Shown: positions 14,600 to 27,430 of the stretch, one piece after another
Layout: each line of letters starts with the position of its first letter
Position numbering within the stretch: position 1 is the first letter of the stretch
DNA from: the human T2T-CHM13v2.0 reference genome, Homo sapiens
NCBI RefSeq assembly: GCF_009914755.1
Contig: NC_060933.1
Length of the DNA stretch: 64,000 nucleotides
Strand: one strand, 5' to 3'
Notes under the pieces: generated by a model
Database searches by the model: none
The model's input: the letters and a program-made list of their open reading frames with translations, nothing else
What the model was told of the DNA's origin: nothing
Position numbers and translations under genes: made by a program

Positions 14600-15464
14600 T
14601 GCAAACCAAAAATAAAATTCTAAGGCCTCCCAACCATCTGAATGAACTTTCTTCTCAGCCAGTGCTCTTAAAATTTAACCTGAAAGACTGGGTCAGGGCC
14701 CAAAGGGAAATGGGAATCAGACATGCCTCATTACACCTCTCTACATTAACATCAACACCGACTTTAAGTCTGATAAGAAACATTTTACAGCCTATTCTCT
14801 CTGAAGCCTGCTACCTGGAAGTTTCATCTGCATGATAAAACTCTGCTCTCCACCACCTCTTATGGCAACCCAGACATTCCTTTCTATGGATCCCAGGTCT
14901 TTGAATAAACTCAACCAATTGTCAACCAGAAAATTTTAAAATCTATCTATAAGCTGGAAGCATCCCCAACCCCCTTGCTTCAAGGTGTCCCATCTTTCTG
15001 AACCAAACCAGTGTATTTTTTTTTTCCTTGAGGAGTCTTGCTCTGTTTCACTGCAACCTCCGCCTCCTGGGTTCCTGCCTCAGCCTCCTGAGTAGCTGGG
15101 ATTACAGGCACACACCACCATGCCCGGCTAATTTGTGTATTTTCAGCAGAAATGGGGTTTCATCATGTTGGCCAGGCTGGTCTCAAACTCTTGACCTCAA
15201 ATGATCCTCCCACCTCATCCTCCCAAAGTACTGGGATTACAGGCGTGAGCCACCATACCCAGCCAAACCAATGTATTTCTTAAATGTATTTGATTGAAGT
15301 CACATGCCTCCCTAAAATGTATAAAACCAAACTACATCCTGGTCACTTTGGACACATGTTCTCAGAACCTCCTGAGGGGCTGTGTCATGGGCCATGGTCA
15401 CTCATATATGGCTCAGAATAAATCTCTTTAAATATTTTACAGAATTTGACTCTTTTCATTGACA
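14600..15464 (+). mobile_element. MER4-family (ERV1) solo LTR with nested Alu
   Basis: TGCAAACCAAAAATAAAATTCTAAG...TTTGACTCTTTTCATTGACA, perfect 4-bp TSD AAGG. Confidence 0.9.
15016..15264 (-). mobile_element. AluS with two internal deletions in the right arm
   Basis: Reverse Alu, TSD AAACCA(G/A)TGTATTT. Confidence 0.92.
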
Positions 15465-15529
15465 AAGGTAAGAGACAAACACAGTACGGTATAAATGTCC
15501 CACACATCAGCATGCTGCAGCCCTAGAAG

Positions 15530-15695
15530 TGTGGTTCAAAATATCCAGTGTGCATGAGAACCACCTGGGTTCTTTGCTAAGTTGCGGGTACCCCCCTAGA
15601 TCTGCTGAATCAGGGGTTCTAAAAGTGAGAACCAGAAATGTGCCAGTTGATTCCAACTGGATGGGCCTCCAACTACAGTTGGAGAAACACAACCC
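15530..15695. mobile_element. MER5-type hAT-Charlie remnant
   Basis: GCATGAGAACCACCTGGG..CTGCTGAATCAG..CAGTTGGAGAAACAC. Confidence 0.45.
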
Positions 15696-16407
15696 AACAG
15701 AGAGCTGGAATTGCCCTGCTCAGTAGGCTGTAAGGATCACTGGGTAATCAGGGATGAGAACTAGTGAACAGTTCCAGGCTCTTCCATTTCTGTTCCCTGA
15801 AGGCTCTGGAATCTGTGTGGCCCTTTGTAGCATTGGGACCCATTCCAGCCAGTTCTCTCCCTTTGTTCTAGATCCTACCAACAGATGACAAGGCGCAATA
15901 CAGGAGCAATGTCAGGTGGGCCTTCCTGGGTTCTCCGTGAAATTATATGATTTATGAAATGGGTGATAAATTTAGAGACAGTGCAAGGGAGATCAAAGAG
16001 TTTCATAAAGGTCAGAATACAGGACCTTAGAGCATTTGTTGCAATCTTAGTAATAACTCAGATTAGAAATGGAAAGAGGATTGCGAGAGGAAGTGTGTCC
16101 TTCGTGCTCCCTGGCAAGTGAGCATGTGGGGCTTACGTGCTAGAACACTTCCAACCTCAACCATAGCTGGCACTGAGGTGAGCCACAGCCAACATCATTG
16201 GTGTTCTGCCCCGTATTCTTGGGCAACCAGAGCCTCCTGCTGCACACCGAAGCTTGCTCCGTCCACACGCTAGGATTGCTCAGACAGAGAGTGATGAGGG
16301 CCAAAGGATGAAGACCCAGCTTACCTGTCCTTCACTGGGGTAATCCTGAGGCACCATCAGCAGGGATCATCAGGGGGTGCCCAGCAGACAGAGCAGATGG
16401 AAAATAA

Positions 16408-18086
16408 GCATTTGAAAATTGGTGTTCAATATTATCAGCCTTCATGGGCATGCAAATTAAAACTGCAATCAGTACACACCTATCAGAAAGGCTAAAATTA
16501 AACATTGGCAATACCAAATTCTGGAGAGGATGCAGAGAAGCTGGGTCACTCCTACACTGCTGGTTGGAGTAGAAAATGGTACAGGCACCCTGGAAAACAG
16601 TTTGACAGTGGCTTGGGAAACTAAACATCCAATTACCCATACAAACCAGCCATTGCACTCTTGGGCATTTTCTCCAGAGATATGAAAACTGAGGTCCACA
16701 CAAAACTTTGCACAGAAATGTTTATAGCAGTTTATTTATAGTAATTAAAACTAGAAAAACCCAAATATCCATCAACAGTGAATAGTTAAACAAACCATGG
16801 TATATTTATACAAAGTGTCAATGAAAAGAGTCAAACTGTAAAATATTTCAGAAGATTTATTCTGAGCTAAATATGAGTGACCAATGGCCCATGACACAGC
16901 CCCTGGAGATCCTGAGAATATGCCCAAGGTGGCTGGGCTACAGCTTGGTTTTATACATTTTAGGGAGACATAAGACATCGATTGATACATATAAGATGTA
17001 CACTGGTTGGGTCCGGAAAGGCAGGAAAACTCGAAGTAAGGGGCTTCCGGGTGGATTCAAAGATTTTCTTACTGGCAATTGGTTGAGTTTATCTAAAGAC
17101 TTGGAATCAATAGATAGGAGGGTCTGGGTAAAGATTAGGGGTTGTGGAGGCCAAGGTTCTTATTACGCATAGGAAAGCTCCAGGTAGCAGGCTTCGGAGA
17201 AAATAGATTGTAAATGTTTCTAATCAGACTTTAAAAGTTGCCAAATTCTTAAATTCTCTCCTGGATCAGAAAAATGACCTGGGAAAGGGAAGGGGATTCT
17301 CTACAGAATGTAGATTTTCCCCACAAGAGACAGCTTTGCAGGACCATCTCAAAATATGTCAAAGAAATCTATTTTTGGGAAAAATACTTCAATTTCTTTC
17401 AAGGCCCACTGTCATGTTGGTACCTTGCCGCTATAAAGAGTCCGCTCTGTTAGTCTTAAGGTCTCTGTTTTAATGTTAATGCCAGTCAGCTATGCCTGAA
17501 TTCCAAAGGGAGGAAGGTATAATGAGACATGTCCAACCACCTAGTTCCATCACGGCCGAACTAATGTTGCAGGTTTACTTTCAACTGCCCTTGGCCGAGA
17601 CGAGGGGTCCATTCAGTTGGTAGGAGAGCTTAGAATTTTATTTTTGATTTACACAAGGTGTATCAATCAGCAATCTAAAGGAATAAACTACTGAACTTGG
17701 ATGAATCTCCAGGAAATGGTGCTGGGTCTTCACCAGCAAACTGCAAAAGGTTACACACTACGTGATTTCTATATAGCATTCTTGAAACGACACAATCATA
17801 GAAATAGAGAATAGATTGGTTGTTGCCAGAGGTTAAGGACAGTGGAGTGGGGGACCATGTGTGGCTATTAAAGGGTGACTGGAGGGACCCTGTGGTATTG
17901 GAAATGTTCTGATCCTGACTATCAATGTGCATACACTGGTTGAGATACTTTATTTTAGCGTTGAAAAATCCTACCCATTGGAGGAAACTAGGGAAAAGGG
18001 TACAACAGGATCCCTGTGTATTATTTCTTACAACTGCATGTGAATCTACAATTATCTCAAAATAAAAACATCTAATTTTAAAAAAT
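16408..18086 (+). mobile_element. L1MC-type 3' fragment interrupted by a MER4 LTR
   Basis: ATGCAAATTAAAACT...ACAACTGCATGTGAATCTACAATTATCTCAAAATAAAAA. Confidence 0.85.
16816..17653 (-). mobile_element. MER4-family (D/E-like) solo LTR
   Basis: TGTCAATGAAAAGAGTCAAA...TTAGAATTTTATTTTTGATTTACA; homologous in reverse to 14600-15464. Confidence 0.9.
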
Positions 18087-18322
18087 GGGACAAAGCAAAC
18101 AGAAAAAACAATAAATTTGAAGGAATGCCAACATCATGTTCATGCATAAAGGCAAATCTTTTACTGAATAATAATGCACAGCAAGTCGCAGGAGAAAACT
18201 TGGGGAAATGATTTCAGAATCCAAAGATTTCATGAATAATGACTACTTCATAGTCACAAACATTGTTTTTAAGTGTCATAAAGGTTCTAATATTTACCCT
18301 GAAAACTTATAGCAATATTTTC

Positions 18323-18631
18323 TTTTTTTTTTTTTTTTTTTTTTTTTTTGAGACGGAGTCTGGCTCTGTCTCCCAGGTTGGAGTGCAGTGGCGTGATCTC
18401 AGCTCACTGCAAGCTCCGCCTCCTCCGGTTCACTCCATTCTCCTGCCTCAGCCTCCCGAGCAGCTGGGACTACAGGCGCCCGCCACTACGCCCGACTAAT
18501 TTTTTGTATTTTTAGTAGAGACGGGGTTTCACCGTGTTAGCCAGGATGGTCTCGATCTCCTAACCTCGTGATCCGCCCACCTCTGCCTCCCAAAGTGCTG
18601 GTATTACAGGCGTAAGCCACCGTGCCCTGCC
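18323..18631 (-). mobile_element. AluY
   Basis: GCAAGCTCCGCC, CCATTCTC, TTAGCCAGGATGGTCTCGATC; TSD AG(C/A)AATATTTTC. Confidence 0.93.
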
Positions 18632-18940
18632 AGAAATATTTTCAAAGCCTGAAACCATTGTTGTTAGTGGACTCTAGATGGATCTCTTAATTGTTAGCCT
18701 TCACTACAGGAGAACACAGGCCAAAACCATCTGCAGACAACAAATCATACTCAGGTTGCCAAGAGCATTACCAGTCCCACGTTATTTAAACCATTTCACC
18801 AAGAGCTCTTGTTTTACAGCCTTCCATGATGTGTTGACATATTCACACACTTGTGACGTGTGAGCCTCCTCCTTCTTCCTTTTGGAGTGTGAGGTCTGCA
18901 TCTGCCTCTTTCCCTTCCCTTTTCCCTTGTAGATCTTTCC

Positions 18941-19260
18941 TTTTTTTTTTTTTTTTTTTTTGAGACACAGTCTCACTCTGTCGCCCAGGCTGGAGTGCAA
19001 TGGCACAATCTCGGCTCACTGTAACCTCCACTCACTGCAACCTCCGCCTCCCAGATTCAAGCGATTTTCCTGCCTCAGCCTCCTGAGTAGCTGGGGTTAT
19101 AGATGCCAGCCACCACGCCCAGCTAATTTTTTTGTATTTTTAGTAGAGACGGGGTTTCACCACTTTGGCCAGGTTGGTCTCAAACTCTTACCTCAGGTGA
19201 TCTGCCCGCCGTGGCCTCCCAAAGTGCTGGGATTACAGGTGTGAGCCACTGTGCCCAGCC
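18941..19260 (-). mobile_element. AluS (Sx-like) with short internal duplication
   Basis: Reverse Alu; TCACTG(T/C)AACCTCC repeated at about 19016-19046. Confidence 0.93.
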
Positions 19261-19716
19261 CCTTGCGGGTCCTTTCAATGGCTTCTTGACAGTGTATCTC
19301 AAAGTCGGGGCTGGCCGACTGAGTCTCCCAGGGATTACAACTGTCCTGTCTGACCAACGAAGGCTTGTCCCAGACTGACAGGGCAAGTTACTTTGGTCAC
19401 CCGCTGGGACACAGTGTCCACAATGTAATTTCTTTCTTATTCATCCAACCTGTTACATGGACCTAAAAATAAATTGGGGATTCTGTCTTTTGATCTGGAT
19501 ACAGCTTTCTTTAAAAAATTAGAAAAAGGGACAAATTTCATCCCATTAACGAAACATGCTAATACAACTGGTAATATATTTCTCATGTCCCCAAGTTTTA
19601 ATAGTGGACAATTTAACAAATTTTGCACCTTTGGAGTTGGACTTGATGGTACATTGAATATCAAAGGGACTTAGTTGCCTCACAGTATTCACATGCTCAT
19701 ATGTATTCGTTCTCTA

Positions 19717-20328
19717 CATTAATGGAAAAAACAAATTCTGTCAAATATTTAAAGAGGTTTATTCTGAACCAATATGAATAACCATGGCCCAAGGGAATAG
19801 TCTCTAGAGGTCCTAAGAAAGTGTGTCCCAAGCAGTTGGGTTATAGTTTGGTTTTATACATTTTAGGCAGACAGAAGTTACAGGCATCAATACATGTAAG
19901 GTTTACATTGGCTCAGCCTGTAAAGTTGTGGAGAGGGTCAGGGCAGAGTAGGGGTGCTTACAGGTCATAGTTGGGTTCAAAGATTTTCTGATTTGCAATT
20001 GATTGAAAGAGTTCAGCTTTGTCTAAGAACTTGAACCCAGCAGCAAAAAAAAATGCCTGAGTTAAGATAAGGGGGTTTCAAGAGCCAAGGATAGAGGGTA
20101 AATGTCTCTTTTCAGACCTCAAAAGGTGTCAGACTCTTAATCTCTATTTTGATGTTAATGCTGATCAGTTCTGCCTGAACTCCAGAATAGAGGGTGTATA
20201 ATGAGGCATGTCTGACCCCCCTTCCTGTCGGGAATTCTGTTTTATAGGTTTCTCTGGGGTCCCCTTGGCCTACAGCGAGTCCATTCAGACAGTCAGGGGA
20301 AGGCTTAGGATTTTATGTTTGGTTTACA
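19717..20328 (-). mobile_element. MER4-family (C-like) solo LTR
   Basis: Ends GCTTAGGATTTTATGTTTGGTTTACA; TSD TCTA/TCTA. Confidence 0.85.
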
Positions 20329-20509
20329 TCTATTGCTGTCTAAAAAATTATCCCACAATTTATTGGCTGAAAGCAACAGTAAATGTTTATTATCTCACAG
20401 CCTTTGTCAATAAGGAATGCAGGTATGGCTTACCTGGGGGGCTCTTGTCAGGTTCTTACATGTGCTTGCGGCCTAAATGTCAAGTGAATGCTAAAAAAAA
20501 AAGAAGCCA

Positions 20510-20996
<487 letters not shown>

Positions 20997-21214
20997 TTAG
21001 GGGCTGGTTTCCAGGGGGAACCAACCTTGTGATTAGAGCATCTGGACTTTCAGCCCCATCCCCAGCCTCCAGGGAGGGGAGAGGGGTTGAAAGTTGAGTT
21101 GATCACAAATGGCCAATGATTGAGTCAATCATGCCTATGCAATGAGGACTCTATAAAGGACAGGTTTTGGAGAGCTTCTGTATAGATGAACCCATGAAGG
21201 TTCCTGAAGGATGG

Positions 21215-21980
21215 TGCAATCACCCAACCAGATTCTTCTTGCACACAGCCCAGAAAAGTCAGTGCACTGAAAACAGCAGGCGTTGCAGCAAAGAAAGAGT
21301 TTAATAATCACAGGGCCAGGCAAGTGAGGAGGACAGAAGATAATTCTCAAATCAGTCTCCCTAAGAATTCAGAGGCTACGGTTTTTAAGGGCACTTTGGT
21401 AGACAAGGGTCTAGAGAATGGGAAATACTGATTGGTTGCATTGAGGATGAAATCACAGGGCTGTCAGAACTGTCTTTGTGCAGCTGAGTTCCTGGGATAA
21501 GGTCACAGGTCCAGGTGGCGTCATTTGGTCTGCCAAAATACTGTCTGAAAAATATCTCAAAGACCAGTTCTTTAGGTTTCACAATTGTGATGTAATCTAT
21601 AGGAGCAGTTGGGGAAGTTACAAATCTTGTAACCTCAAGTTACTCGACTCCCAGACAGTTGGCACTACAGAAGAGCACACTACAGGATGACAGGATATTG
21701 TTTAACTATGCCTATTCTTTAGCAAAGTTCAAGCCCCTATTGTAAGTCTTTTTTTGGAATGCAGCTTCAATCTCTGAATAAGGTGGGGTGGGGATCAGTT
21801 TTCCTTGACTCAAAGTTTAACTATAAACTAAATCCTTCTCATAGTTATCTTGGTCCCTGGGCTAGAAAAAGCAAAAAACAAAAACAAAACAAAACAATTT
21901 AGCCTGTGAGGTTAGAAGCAAGATGGAATTAGTCACATTCAATTTCTCACATTACTTATAATTCTGCAAAGACAGTTTCA
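21215..21980 (-). mobile_element. LTR8-family (ERV1) solo LTR
   Basis: CTCAAATCAGTCTCCC, GTTAGAAGCAAGATGG, terminal TGCAAAGACAGTTTCA; near-TSD ATGG/GTGG. Confidence 0.75.
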
Positions 21981-22039
21981 GTGGCACACTCAGAGGGGGC
22001 ATGGAAGCTATGCACCCCTTCCTATATACCTCATCCTCT

Positions 22040-22472
22040 TGTGATGGTTAATATTGAGTGTCAACTTGATTGGATTGAAGGATACAAAGTATTGATCCTG
22101 AGTGTGTCTGTGAGGGCATTGCCAAAGGAGGTTAACATTTGAGTTAGTGGGCTGGGAAAGGCAGACCCACCCTTAATCTGAGTGGGCACCATCTAATCAG
22201 CTGCCAGAGCAGCTTGAATATAAGTAGGCAGAACAGTGTGAAAAGAGAGACTGGCCTAGCCTCCCAGCCTACATCTTCCTCCCATGCTGGATGCTTCCTG
22301 CCCTCAAACATTGGACTCCAAGTTTCTCAGTTTTGGAACTCAGACTGGCTCTCCTTGCTCCTCAGCCTGCAGATGGCCTATACTTAATAAACTCATATAT
22401 ATATATATATATATATTCCATTATATATATATTCCATTAGTTCTGTCCCTCTAGAGAACCCTAACTAATATA
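22040..22472 (+). mobile_element. MLT2A (ERVL) solo LTR
   Basis: TGTGATGGTTAATATTGAGTGTCAACTTGATTGG...CTAGAGAACCCTAACTAATA; near-TSD CCTCT/CCTGT. Confidence 0.92.
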
Positions 22473-22923
22473 CCTGTGCATCTCTTTATCTAGCCGTTCA
22501 TATATATTCTTTGTAATATTCTTTATAATAAATGAGTAAATTCTTTATAATAAATGAGTAAACACAAGTTAGTGTTTCTGTGACTCATCCTCACCAATTA
22601 ATCAAACCCAAAGAGAGGGTCATGGGAACTCCAATTTATAGCCAATCAGCCATATATATAGGTGACAACCTACTACCTGTGATTGGTGTCTGAAGAGGGG
22701 CAGTCTTGTGGGTCTGAGCCACCAGATCTGTGGGATCTGATGCTATCTCCAGGCAGTTCATATCAGAATTGAATTATAGGATGCCCAGCTGTGTCTGCAG
22801 GAGAATTGCTAGCTCTGTGAGGAAAAACCTACCATACCTCTGGCCTTAGAAGAGTTCTGTGTTGTATTGAATGTATGAGAGTAGGAAAAACACTTTGGTT
22901 TATTTTTTCCTATCTCAAATGCA

Positions 22924-23185
22924 TACAGACTGTATGATTCCACTCATATTAAGTTTTCAGAAAAGACAATTCTGCCTTGCCTGATAAGGAAGGTAGGGAG
23001 AGAGAATGACTGCAATGAGTAGGGAGTTTCTTTAGGGCATGATGAAAATATTCTAAAATTAGATAGTGGTGATAGTTGTGCAACTCTGTAAATGTACTGG
23101 AAGTGTAAAATTATGCATTTGAAATCAGTGAATTTAATGATAAGTAAATTATATCTCAGTAAACTTGTTTAAGAGAGAAAAAGAG
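22924..23185 (+). mobile_element. L1MB/ME-type 3' end (5' part at 20484-20834)
   Basis: ACTGTATGATTCCA, TGATGAAAATATTCTAAAATTAGATAGTGGTGATAGTTG, AATTATATCTCAGTAAA. Confidence 0.75.
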
Positions 23186-23675
23186 AGTTGAGTTAGTCAG
23201 GCTGCAGTTATCTGAAAGCTTGACTGGAAGTGAACAATCTGCTTCCAAGATGAAACAGTGTCATAGCTAACCAGTTGATGCTGGCTGTTGGCAAGAGGCC
23301 TCAGCTCCTCACCATGAGAACCTCTGCACAGGGCAGCTTGAGTGTCCTCACAACATGGCAGTGGCTTTGACAAGAGCAAGTGACCCAGGAGAGAGACCAG
23401 GCTGGAAACTGTAATGCCTTTTATAATTGCCACACTCTGTTACATGCACAGTCCAGGCATGCTGCAGTGCGGGAGAACACTTCACAAGGGAGTGAATACC
23501 AGGAAGTTGTAATGATCTGGTGCCATCTTGGAGACTGGCTGCAATGCCATGGAACTGACAGGTTTTATCTTCAATATTAATAGGCATCATTTGGGCCATT
23601 CTTGTTTACTTACAGAGGTTACTGAAATTGCTACTCATAAATATGGACTAGCATAGTATCTCCGTGTTATCAGTT

Positions 23676-23829
23676 GTTTTGTTTTGTTTTGTTTTGTTCT
23701 GTTTTGTTTTAGTAGAGACAAGATCTTACTATGTTGCCCAGGCCAGTCTTGAACTCCTGGGCTCAAGCAATCCTCCCACTTCAGCCTCCTAAAACACTGG
23801 GATTATAGGTGCCAGCTAACATGTTCAGC
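23676..23829 (-). mobile_element. FLAM/Alu left monomer with (GTTTT)n tail
   Basis: Single Alu monomer, GAACTCCTGGGCTCAAGCAATCCTCCC. Confidence 0.85.
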
Positions 23830-23869
23830 CATGTATTGGGTCTTGATTGGTAAAATATGTAACATATAA

Positions 23870-23870
<1 letters not shown>

Positions 23871-23928
<58 letters not shown>

Positions 23929-23937
23929 AGAGAGAGA
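23871..23937. repeat. Compound microsatellite (TG)n(AG)n
   Basis: Direct reading. Confidence 0.97.
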
Positions 23938-24162
23938 AATGCTGAATTCCCATGATCCATTTGTTTGTTTGAAGGTCCAATATCCGTATTTTTAATATTT
24001 CTTCTATTTAGGGGTATCATACAGTTTTTAGTTTTCTTACCATATAATACATGTTGGACATGCATGTCTAAGATTTTAAGCTGCTTTCCTCTCCAGTTGG
24101 TGACAATAGAAGCCCTGAATCCCTATTGGGACATTTTGCAAACTAAGCCTGACATGAGGTAG

Positions 24163-24487
24163 GTAAAAAGTCAATCAATCGTATTTGTGGGTCTTCTGAA
24201 CTTTCTGACTTCTGTTCCATTGGTATGTCTGCCCCTTTTCCAATGATCCACTGTCTTAATTATTAGGGCTAAATAATATCTTAAAATTGAGTAGTGTGAT
24301 TCCTCCATCTTTATTTGTTTTCAAAACAGTTTTAGCTATTCTGGTTCCTTTGTTTTTCCACATACGTTTTAGAAGAAGCTTGTTCATATCTACAAACAAT
24401 CCTATCAGCATTTTGATTGGAATTACAATTCAATCTATAGATCAGTTTGGGGACAATCAACATTTTTTCATGTTGAGTCTTCTAGTC
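24163..24487 (-). mobile_element. Old L1M ORF2 fragment
   Basis: TTCTGTTCCATTGG, TTTTAGCTATTCTGG, ATTTTGATTGGAATTAC, CTATAGATCAGTTTGGGG. Confidence 0.75.
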
Positions 24488-26894
24488 TCAGTGAGACTTC
24501 TCAGAGTGAGAAGTCAAGTCTTTCTCCCCCACGGGGTGGTCTTCTTGTGCTGGTGCCTTAATTATTGCTTGTCCATCTGTTCCCTTCTCCATACCAGATT
24601 CCTGATATCTTTGTCTGGCATTCTGGTCCTGGCATCTCTCATCTTCTTGCTCAGAATTTCCCACTGACTTGCTGTCTTGGCTCTGTTTTATGAGAGGCTT
24701 GTACTGTTCCATCTTTCAAACCAGAAATTCTAGTTTCAATAAAGGTGATTCTCTTTTTTATTTATCTGCCAATGTCTTGGAAATCAGAATTCATGCGTTC
24801 GTTCTCATCATGTCCTTTTGTGATGTAATCTCATCTCTTTACAGGGCCTCTTGCTCTTCTTACTGAAGCTCTCAGCCCATGAGCTCTGCCTCAAGAGAAG
24901 CCATATGTCTTCATCGCTCTCTCTGATCATCCTCCCTCAGTCCTGAATCCCCCTAAAGCCAGGACAATTCCCTTTGCCCTCTCAAAGTAGTCATGTGCCT
25001 ACAGAGGAGACTCTTGGGAGACCCAGCTCACTCAGGTGGGTGAATGAAGGCACCATGCCTCTTTCATGGCATCTTCCTGCTGTTGCAGGAGGCAGACAGG
25101 GCTAGGCAGCGACTGAGAGTAGACAGGCCTTTGCAGATGCAAGGACAGTCCTCCCAGCAGCACACTTCAGCTCACACCTAAGTCCTTTTGCCAAAGTTCA
25201 GGACCACCCTATTCAAATGTCCCCCTGAAGGACCTCAGGGGTGCCACCTTCCTCTAAGTGGATGCCCTGCATCTACCAGGTCCCCTGTCACAGCAATGGA
25301 CAGTGACATTTGGGGCCAGCTTTGCAGAGAGGCAAGATTTCTCCTCTTCAATGTATCAGTATTTGGAGGGATTTGATCAATTTAGCCCCTTGACAGCACA
25401 AGCCCACGAGCCTCACTTTGACACCTTTCCCCAGAATACTACAGCTTGGGAGCAAACGGCCTGCACAGCCCCCAGCTACAGAAACCATGCATGAACTACT
25501 GCTGTAAAGTGTAATTCTCTCTCCTTTGCATTAAGCTCCTGCAGGGCTCTGATTACACAGGAAAAGAAAATGTTGCTGAAGAAGATGGCTCTTCTGGGAA
25601 ACCTGTCTCCAGCACTCTGCAGGAGGGAGAGGTCCTCCCAAGCTCACATTTAGTAAGAAGAGAAGGGGACTCTTCAAAGAGATGAGAGTGCATTTGGCTT
25701 CAGAGTGTGCCTTCGCCAAGAGAGGGTGCACTTCAGCAGGCAGTGGCATCAAGCTCTCACTCCACAGGATGACCAACGATGTTTCAGTCGCCCTTTTTCT
25801 GATGCTTCCTAAACAAATAAAGTGGCAGTAATTCTAGAGCTTAACCAGAAGAAAACTGCACATTCCCTCCTGAAGATATTGCCCTGACTATATCCATCCG
25901 GTTGTTACTCCTACATAAATGTTAGCCTGCTACATGAGTGTCCTGAGACTTTGATGACATTTAAATCAGCAGCTGCTCCAGCCTCCTACCTTCAAGCCAA
26001 CTAGCAGTTCATTTCCCAAAAGAGGGCATGCTTTAAGGGCTAATGTCTCAGCCGACACTGGGCTGCTACTACAAAATGCAGAGCAGGGAGGCACGCGGGG
26101 CCAGGTGTCCACAACAAATAGAAGGTGTCCTGAGCCTCAAAAACCGGCCGTCTCCCCATGGAGGTCAGCACAGGCTTATTCATCAACTCTGCTCTTGTAA
26201 ACACAGGCATCACTGGGTATAAAACATGCCATCAACTGAGTGGGGAGCATTTTTTCTATAACCCCTGTTGCCAGGTCATATAACCTATTGCCAGGTTAGA
26301 TGACCATCACAAGGATGATCAGCCAGGACAGAGGGGTGACCTGGTGACCTGGGTCATGGTACTCTGCAGGGCTCCCTAGCTGTCTGGCCAGTCATTGGCA
26401 GCTCTGCAGAACATCAAGCAAGTTACAGGGTGGCACTGAAAGCTGATGGGTATCGAGAAGGTGGTGGCCACTTAGAAGCCCCACTGGGGCCTTCAAGAAG
26501 CTGATCACAAGGTGCATGTTCTTAGATGGACCTCTGGGCAGCTGCAGAGTGCAGGCTTACTACCCAGATCAGAAACCCCATGTAGGGTGAGGATTGTCAC
26601 TGAGAGAGGAACTGGTGGAGGAAGTTCTGCTGAAAAAGTCCTGGTGACCCCATCCCCTGAGCAGAATGCCCAGGTAAGCCACCTCCTGTCTCTTCCTCCT
26701 TCCTTCTCTTTCATGCGAACACAGAAAAGGCAGCACAGCAGTGACACCAACCACACCGCAGTTCCCACCTGGAGAGGAGGTGAGGTCAAAAAACACATGC
26801 CCTGCCATGCCGGCTGGCCCTGAACACACCTTCCTCCATGCACACAGGTAGACAGGTGAATCCTGAGGTTACTGTTCCAAAACTCACCATGAGG

Positions 26895-27204
26895 GGCCAG
26901 TCACGGTGGCTCACTCCTGTAATCCCAGCACTTTAGGAGGCTGAGGCAGACAGAACACTTGAGGTCAGGAGTTCGAGACCACCCTGGCCAACATGGCGAA
27001 ACCCCATCTCTACTAAAAATACAAAAAGTAGTCGGGCATGGTGGCAAACACCTGTAATTTTAGTTGCTCCGGAGCCTGACGAGGCATGAGAATCACTTGA
27101 GCCCAGGAGGCAAAGGTTGCAGTGAGCTGAGATCATGCCACTGCACTCCAGCCTGGATGACAGAGTGAGACTTCGTCTCAAAAACAAAACAAAACAAAAC
27201 AAAA
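26895..27204 (+). mobile_element. AluS (Sx/Sz-like), (AAAAC)n tail
   Basis: Full Alu. Confidence 0.95.
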
Positions 27205-27430
27205 GGCCAGGAGCAGTGGCTCACATCTGTAATCCCAGCACTTTGGGAGGCCGAGGTGGGCAGATCACGAGGTCAGGAGTTCGAGACCAGCCTGGCCAAA
27301 TGATGAAACTCCATCTCTGCTAAAAATACAAAAATTGGCCAGGCATGGTGGCACGTGCCTGTAGTCCCAGCTACTCGGCAGGCTGAGGCAGGAGAATCGC
27401 TTGAGATTCCATCTCAAAAGAAAAAAAAAA
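27205..27430 (+). mobile_element. AluSg-like with large right-arm deletion
   Basis: GATCACGAGGTC; jumps from GAATCGCTTGA to GATTCCATCTC. Confidence 0.9.

Noticed and set aside
14600-17653. Provirus bounded by two MER4 LTRs
   Set aside because: LTRs are inverted, differ in length and flanks, and enclose no gag/pol
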